From Octopus sinensis (taxonomy: Eukaryota), in assembly GCF_006345805.1 (NCBI RefSeq), contig NC_042998.1:110236001-110300000 (forward strand): a stretch of DNA of 64,000 nt, in the 5' to 3' direction. This document shows positions 56,931 through 64,000 of this stretch, piece by piece (the stretch's first letter is position 1; each line of letters begins with the position of its first letter). The notes beneath the pieces were generated by a model that saw only the letters and a program-made list of their open reading frames with translations, was not told the DNA's origin and ran no database searches. The position numbers and the translations under genes were made by a program.

Positions 56931-57241
56931 GTGCATAGCTCAGTAGTTAGAAAGTCGGGCTCACAATCACGAGGTAGTGAGTTTGATTCCTGGTTGAGTT
57001 CTTGAGCAAGACACTTTATTTCATGTTGCTCCAGTTCGCTCCGTGGTGGATATGACCAGCGACATCGCTGGTGCCAAGCTGTATTGGTCTTTGTCTTTAT
57101 CTTGGTTAACATCTGTGGGGTGGAGAGGGAGACTGGTATTCATTGGTACTAATGGTCTTCCATAAAACGACCTTGTGCCTTAGTGGGAAACTTTCAAGAT
57201 GCGATCCTATGGTTAATCATGACAAAATGTCTTTAACTTTT
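56931..57241 (+). mobile_element. tRNA-derived SINE (further family)
   Basis: A box TAGCTCAGTAG, B box GAGTTTGATTCC, followed by CTTGAGCAAGACACTTTATTTC body. Confidence 0.75.
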
Positions 57242-57619
57242 ACACTTTATATCAGCAATAACACTTCTTTCGAAACATATGCTTGTGTGTTCGTGTTGTG
57301 ACTGAGCATTCCCTAGAATGATGATTGACTGCACAACTACTTCTCACAGCAATACTACCATCATCCCGCGTAGACTCATGCAAAAGTATGTATTTAAAGT
57401 AGACAACACAATGGTGTAATTTGAGTGTTGCCGTTTCTGCCAATCCACCACCCTGTACAAATACATAATATTAAATATAGAATTTCTTTTTAGTAATTTT
57501 AAACTAATAGCAATTAGAGTAAATTAGTTTCTCAACAACTAAGATAAGCAGTATAGAATCCAAACTTTGAATATGCGTTCACACCTTAAAGTGAAAAAGA
57601 AGGAGAAGCAACGAGAATG

Positions 57620-57837
57620 TACCTTTGAAATACAGGTTCAATAGAAACAGGAAGAGAGTGTGAAAGAAAGTTGTGGTGAAAGAGTACAGCAGGTTTCGCC
57701 ACTATCCCGTGCCGGAGCATCGCGGAGCTTTAGGTGCTTTCGCTCAATAAACCCTCACAACGCCCTGTCTGGAAATTGGAACCAGGATCCTACGTGTGCG
57801 AGTCCGCTACCCTAACCACTGGGCCATTGCGCTTCTA
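57620..57837 (-). mobile_element. SINE family C copy
   Basis: Reverse complement of the 22405 head (CCTAACCACTGGGCCATTGCGC; CTCACAACGCCC; GAGCTTTAGGT; AAAGAGTACAGCAG). Confidence 0.85.
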
Positions 57838-58149
57838 CATGCATAGATTAATTATTATCTGTATAGTGCCTATAAAAAGACTTCATTCGGAATATTGTTT
57901 GTGTTTGTGTTCTGTTCAGTCAGGCCCCATGTAAAGATCTGGTTTCTATTACTAGTAAATGCAGCGAACATGCACTGCATTGCCTCACACATATTTATAC
58001 ATGTATAGACATAAGGCAGTAGGGTGTAATTTGAAGGGGTATTTTGTCTCCAATTTCTATCAGCTCTAGCTTACAATATGCTTTTATACATGGATTTAAT
58101 CATTTATTATGATCTTTGAATGGTTTAGGTGATATTTCTAACGGGAATA

Positions 58150-59433
58150 CGAGGGGCGTTCAATAAGTAATGCCCCTGACACACTTCCCATAGCAGTAGA
58201 GCAACGAAACTTGGCACAGTTATTAGTCTTTTTCTACATAGGAAGCACCCAGAGTTATGCATTTCTCCCATTGCTTGATGCAACTCTGGAGACCGTTTTT
58301 GTAGAAGACCCCAGCTTGGTCCTCCAACCTGAACGTGACTTCAGAAATCAAGGCTGCATCATCTGGGAAACGCTTTCCTTTCAAAAACAACTTCATGGAT
58401 GGGAAGAGGTGAAATTCAGAGGGTGCAAGGTCAGGAAAGTAGGGGGATGGGGGAGGAGTTCATAGCCATACGCCTGTGCTTCTGATCTGGCGACAAGCGA
58501 GTTGTGGACCGGAGCGTTGTCCTGCAGGAGGAGGATGCCTTTGCTGAACTTGCCCCGCCTCTTGATTTTGATAACTTCTCTTAATTTCCTCAAAAGTGAA
58601 GCATAATAGGCTCCTGCAATTGTGGTACCCTTTGCCAGGAAATCTGTCATCACTACTCCGTCCTGGTCCCAGAAGACTGTGAGCATGACCTTGCCAGCGG
58701 AGGGCTGCACCTTTGCCTTCTTTGGAGGGGGTGAGTCACGGTGCTTCCACTGCATTGACTGGACTTTGATCTCTGGATCATCGTGATGGACCCAGGTTTC
58801 ATCCTGTGTAATCAGTCTTTTGAAAAATTTTGACTCATCTTCTTGGCACATCTCCAAATTCACCCTCTAGCACTCGACGCGTTCTTGCTTCTGGAAAGGC
58901 GTGAGCAACCTGGGAATCCATCTGGCAGACACCTTTTGCATATGCAAATGGTCATGAATGATAGTTTCCACAGACCCGGTACTAATCTTGACCTCATGGG
59001 CTATTTGGCGAATAATTATGCGTCGATCTTCCAAAATGTCAGCCTCAACTTGACGGACAGATGCCTCATCAATGGCAGAAGGGGCGACCAGATCTGGGAG
59101 CTGTTTCCACAGAGTTCCGACCATGTTTGAATTCACGATGCCAGCGTTTTACAAGGTCATATGATGGGGCATCATCACCATAAGTTACTTTCATTTCATC
59201 AAAAGTCTCCCGTGGTGTGCGTCCTTTCAAATACAAAAACCGGATTACTGCTCGACACTCAACAGGCTCCATTTCACACTTGACTCGGTTCAAACACCTG
59301 TAAATCAGAAACCACAAAAGAGCTGTAATTTGCCACTTACTCTATAGAGATATAAATGATTGCACATGCAAAATTTCAGCTGGATCAAACAATTACAAGT
59401 GGGTCAGAGGCATTACTTATTGAACGTCCCTCG
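58150..59433 (-). mobile_element. Full-length mariner (DD34D), copy 2, inactivated
   Basis: Same TIRs and TA TSD as the 46736 copy. ORFs 59069..59317, 58867..59136 and 58393..58863 (TQDETW, QDNAPVH); frameshifts and one stop. Confidence 0.97.
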
Positions 59434-61199
59434 TATCTACAATGTAGAAATGTCCCACCACAGTGAAAGACATAGACGTACATAAAAGAATAGGCTGTAT
59501 TTTGAGTAAGATTTAGCCTCACTATCTTTCAGTTCTTGCATACGTCATAAATATCATTGACTGTTTTAATGAGAGTTTATCCTTCCATATCATTTTTTAA
59601 AAGAGTATGTTTTTTTAATGGATTTCCGGTAAAGCACTCACAAAGATATTCATTAACCTCATATATTCTTTGGCTGTTCACAAGCTAGAAATTTTGCATT
59701 TGTAGAAAATGACCACACACAAGTTGGGCTCTCAAATGTTTTATTAGCCTGCATCGTTGTTTCACAAATGCACTTTTAATAAATTAGTGAATCAATCTTC
59801 AATGAATATAGCATTTAGGAGTCTTGTGTATATAACTTGCTGGACAATATAATGAAGATGGTACAGGGGAATTCAGCATTGAATACACTTAATATGCGTT
59901 ACTGGACGCTACATGTAGAGGTTACTGCAGTGTTATTTAAAAGAAAACCTCGTCGCAACAAACGACATAGACTCCCTTAGACGGTTAAGTAGCTCACTGG
60001 TTAGGTTGAATTTGATATATTATATATGTTTTTATCGCTGTTAACCATCATTCTAGAATCTTCAGCCAAAATATTCGGCGGAAAACATAGCTTACCTCTT
60101 TTGAAGATTGCTGCCTGAGTCATTACAAAACAGCCAGCGATGATTGGTTGAGCCATATTCATGCAGGCTTTAATACTTTCTATGGCGACACTTCCTCTTT
60201 TATGGACCTATATCTGTTTCATAACTGGCAAAATTTGAAAACTATCTCCTGCTTTAAAGTTAAAACAATTAAAAGCCCATGTAGAAAGGCTATGAAACTA
60301 GTTATAGCCATCTGGCTCAAATGAGAAATTGGCTATCATCGAAATCAAGTTGACTACCGCTACTTCCATCATGTATATATGTGTCTGTATGTCAGCTCTG
60401 TTTTTACGGATGCTAATACCGCAAACTTTGTCTCTAAATGTAAATTAAAACTTTATCATTTCTAATTTCCTAATTAAATATAATACGTGAAGAGCTGTCT
60501 ATAGTCGTTATAGTGGTTCTTTGTTTGAAATTGAGACTTTGAATATATAAATGAATGCTTTCTGTTTCGATCATGATATTGACAAAGTTTCGTAGTAAAA
60601 ATGTTATGCTTAGTGTATTTTTTTACATTTTTTTTCGTACACCATGTTATTATTCAATTTAATTAGTATGTCACTAATAGGTTTCTTACCATCCACTTCC
60701 TTACATTTTGAGTCGTAGACAGAGCTTCATACGCTTTTATTCATTTATTTAATACTGAGATATTAATTTACTACTACACTTTCATTTACGTCTTACTCCT
60801 CTAATTAGAAAAATACAGAGTTAGTGTGATATGTAAATGTTTTTGCTTTAAACATTTTTTCCTTCCCTCTACTTAAACACTTTTTAACGCAAAGAAAGAA
60901 TTTCAATGAAAGCAAAAAAAATTGCAATTTTTTCATTCATCTAAGTAATTTTCTTAGGTAGCAATTCTCATTCATTCATTTGCAGAATGTCGACGCACGC
61001 ATGTAATTTATAGACAATATACTTACACTTTAGTAGACATTCAAAGCAGGAATTGTTTCAATTACACTCTCACACAAACACATAGACATATACTTTTTCC
61101 TTGTGCATATGTGAACTCACATATATACGTATGAGTGTGTATATATGCATGTATGTATGTATATCTATATATGTATATATAAATGTGTATATATATATA

Positions 61200-61243
<44 letters not shown>

Positions 61244-61250
61244 CATGTGT

Positions 61251-61300
<50 letters not shown>

Positions 61301-61470
61301 AAGAGAGAAAGGGAAAGAGAGAGATTTCTTCGGAATTCTATACTTTAAACGTGGGAAATTATAATTCTACAAAATATAAAAAATTACCATCAAAATTTCA
61401 ATTTTTCGTTCTTTGAAATCCCAGTCCCCTAACCTATTCTTAATGCTTTTTATTATTTTTGAAATTTGAT

Positions 61471-61965
<495 letters not shown>

Positions 61966-63575
61966 CCTTCATGGCTGCAATTAATGATAGTGCTTTAACA
62001 TGATGAATTTCTTTACTGTTGAGTGGTCAAGGTTTAATAATGCGGACAGCCTTGATTATATCTCTGAAATTGTTAAGCTTGAAATATGATATATGATACA
62101 TTTATTATAACATGGCTTTAAAATGATATTACTTATTTCTATTCATAATAACTTTAAGGTTTTTTTTGTTAGACAGAATTACATATAAAGTGCGACGGAA
62201 TGTTTTTCTAATCTTTTTTTCTTTTTGCATATTTGAAATTAAAAATGTTCCACACTGTCAATAGTGAGATTACTTTCATTGCATAAAGTGAAAGAATGCT
62301 TCCAATAAATAATCATTATTCAGCGCTGTTATCGATTAATTCGATTATTTCTACCCATCGTACCACTGATTCTATGCCTGTGTAAGAATTTATTATTAAG
62401 CGTGTGTTGGTAGAGGTATCGTCGTGTTTTTTAGTGGTAATTTTTTTTTTAAATGTGTTATCGAATATTAATTGCTGAAGACAACCCCACCTACAAAAAA
62501 AAAAGAAACTACGGGAAATGGAGTTAAAATCATAATTTGTGAAAGTTTTGTTTTATTTTTTGTTTTATAAACTACTATGTTCAAAACATAATTCAGAAAA
62601 CAATTTTAAAGGTCAGAAATGAAAAAAAATCCGACCTTAATGGAGAAATTTGAGGGTGAGAAACGAAACGGAAAAATATTTAAAATATCATCATCGTAAT
62701 TTTCGGTTTAAAAAAATGATTCAAGGCAAAATTATAGAAAAGAATGACAAAATTAAAATTAGATAAAGTTTTAAGGAAGGGTTGTGGCAAAGAATTGAAA
62801 TATTACAATTTTCTTTTTACAAGCTCGTAATCTCCAAAGCATAAGCCATAGAAATCCGTATAAATTTTGAATGAATAAATAGATAAATGAATAAATAACT
62901 AAATAAATTAAATGTTACGGAAGGGGCGTGTGCTAATTCCGAATTTCCATCCTCACTTTCTGAATATACTTTCCTGTTCATTTATCAGTTTGTTCTCTGC
63001 AGTTTTAGCGTTATACACTGTTTGTTTCCGATCCTTTCCATGACACCATTATCGTCACTTCTATCAACCATATAATTCTCAAATCAATTCATTCAGCATT
63101 AGTGATGTGAACATGTTTTCTCTATTAACTCTTTAAGCCCTTACTTTTGTAAAGTCAATAGTCGTTCTTTCTGCTCTGCTAAACAAGGAAGAGAAATATA
63201 ACTTCCCGATTACAAAATACTGCCAAATGGAATTGCGTTGTCAGATGCAGCTAGGATCACGAAAACATTTCACAAGTAAAAAAAAAATCACTGAGAGATC
63301 TCTAGCGGTAATGGTTAAAAGAACCGATTAGCAACAAGTACAGAACAACCTGTCGAATATTACACAAGAAATACATCTTTCCGTATCTGGCACGTCTTTT
63401 AATAAACTAGACAAATTTAGTAAAGCTTTTGGATCTGAACACTGAGATGCAATGTCCCTCACATAACCCGCTGTATGTAACCTACTGAGCAGTAAACCGC
63501 AAGAATTTTCAGCAGAGAGTAAACTGCATCTCAGATTAACTTAATATCAGCTGAACAAAGAAGCACACCCACCCC

Positions 63576-63621
<46 letters not shown>

Positions 63622-63624
63622 ATT

Positions 63625-63870
63625 ACCATTTTTCTTTCATGATCTCTGATAACTATATCTGGCTTATTGGCCTTAATTTCTCTGTGTTTTGGCATATCTC
63701 ATAACATTGTTCCTTTCCCATTTTCTGTGACCTTTTCTGGCGTATGCCTATACTATCTTTTTCTGTTGTTATTCCATAGCGTTGGCATAGCATCCGGTGT
63801 ATCTAGGTCCCAACTCTGTCGTGTTTCTGAATATATTCCTTCTTAGGAGCCAGAGAAATATGATTTATTG
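63625..63870 (-). mobile_element. R4/Dong-like LINE restriction-like endonuclease fragment
   Basis: KKEYI..HDRVGT..LCQRYGIT..YRHTPEKVTEN..EIKANKPDIVIRDHE (RHD and PD motifs). Confidence 0.8.
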
Positions 63871-63885
63871 TTTCTTGTCCATCTC

Positions 63886-63886
<1 letters not shown>

Positions 63887-63934
<48 letters not shown>

Positions 63935-64000
63935 GAGTGAGAGAGCAGTGCATGCCATCAAAGTGACACTGGGGTAAAATATACAAAGCCCAATATACCA
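63887..64000 (-). mobile_element. (AAT)n-tailed retroposon 3' end running off the window
   Basis: (TAT)n tract at 63887-63935 abutting unique sequence, the layout of a minus-strand retroposon tail. Confidence 0.5.

Noticed and set aside
46736-59433. Active transposase or SETMAR-like fusion gene
   Set aside because: Both copies carry frameshifts and stops, and no SET-domain exon is visible.

Overview
This is AT-rich, microsatellite-saturated eukaryotic DNA. The tRNA-derived SINE families and the repeat landscape resemble octopus/coleoid cephalopod genomes; that assignment is from recalled family sequences and was not checked against a database. No intact multi-exon host gene, rRNA, true tRNA, CRISPR array or prokaryotic system is visible. 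Almost all ORFs in the six-frame track are translated microsatellites or transposon fragments. The window is a transposon graveyard. DNA transposons include four mariners (two full-length young siblings), Tc1, maT-like, Tigger/pogo, hAT (Charlie/Buster-like) and Chapaev3-like elements. Retroelements include a nested Penelope-like element (RT plus GIY-YIG), R4/Dong-, CR1-, RTE-like LINE fragments and at least four SINE families. The most interesting signals are: (1) hammerhead-ribozyme-like motifs in three unrelated repeats, one reconstructable only from the two inverted termini of the Penelope element; (2) many local inverted and direct duplications, including templated captures at element junctions; (3) two or three minus-strand ATG-to-GTRAG, phase-1, hydrophobic mini-exon candidates, one overlapping a decayed SINE, which could be alternative first exons of a gene outside the window. 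The last is a hypothesis only.
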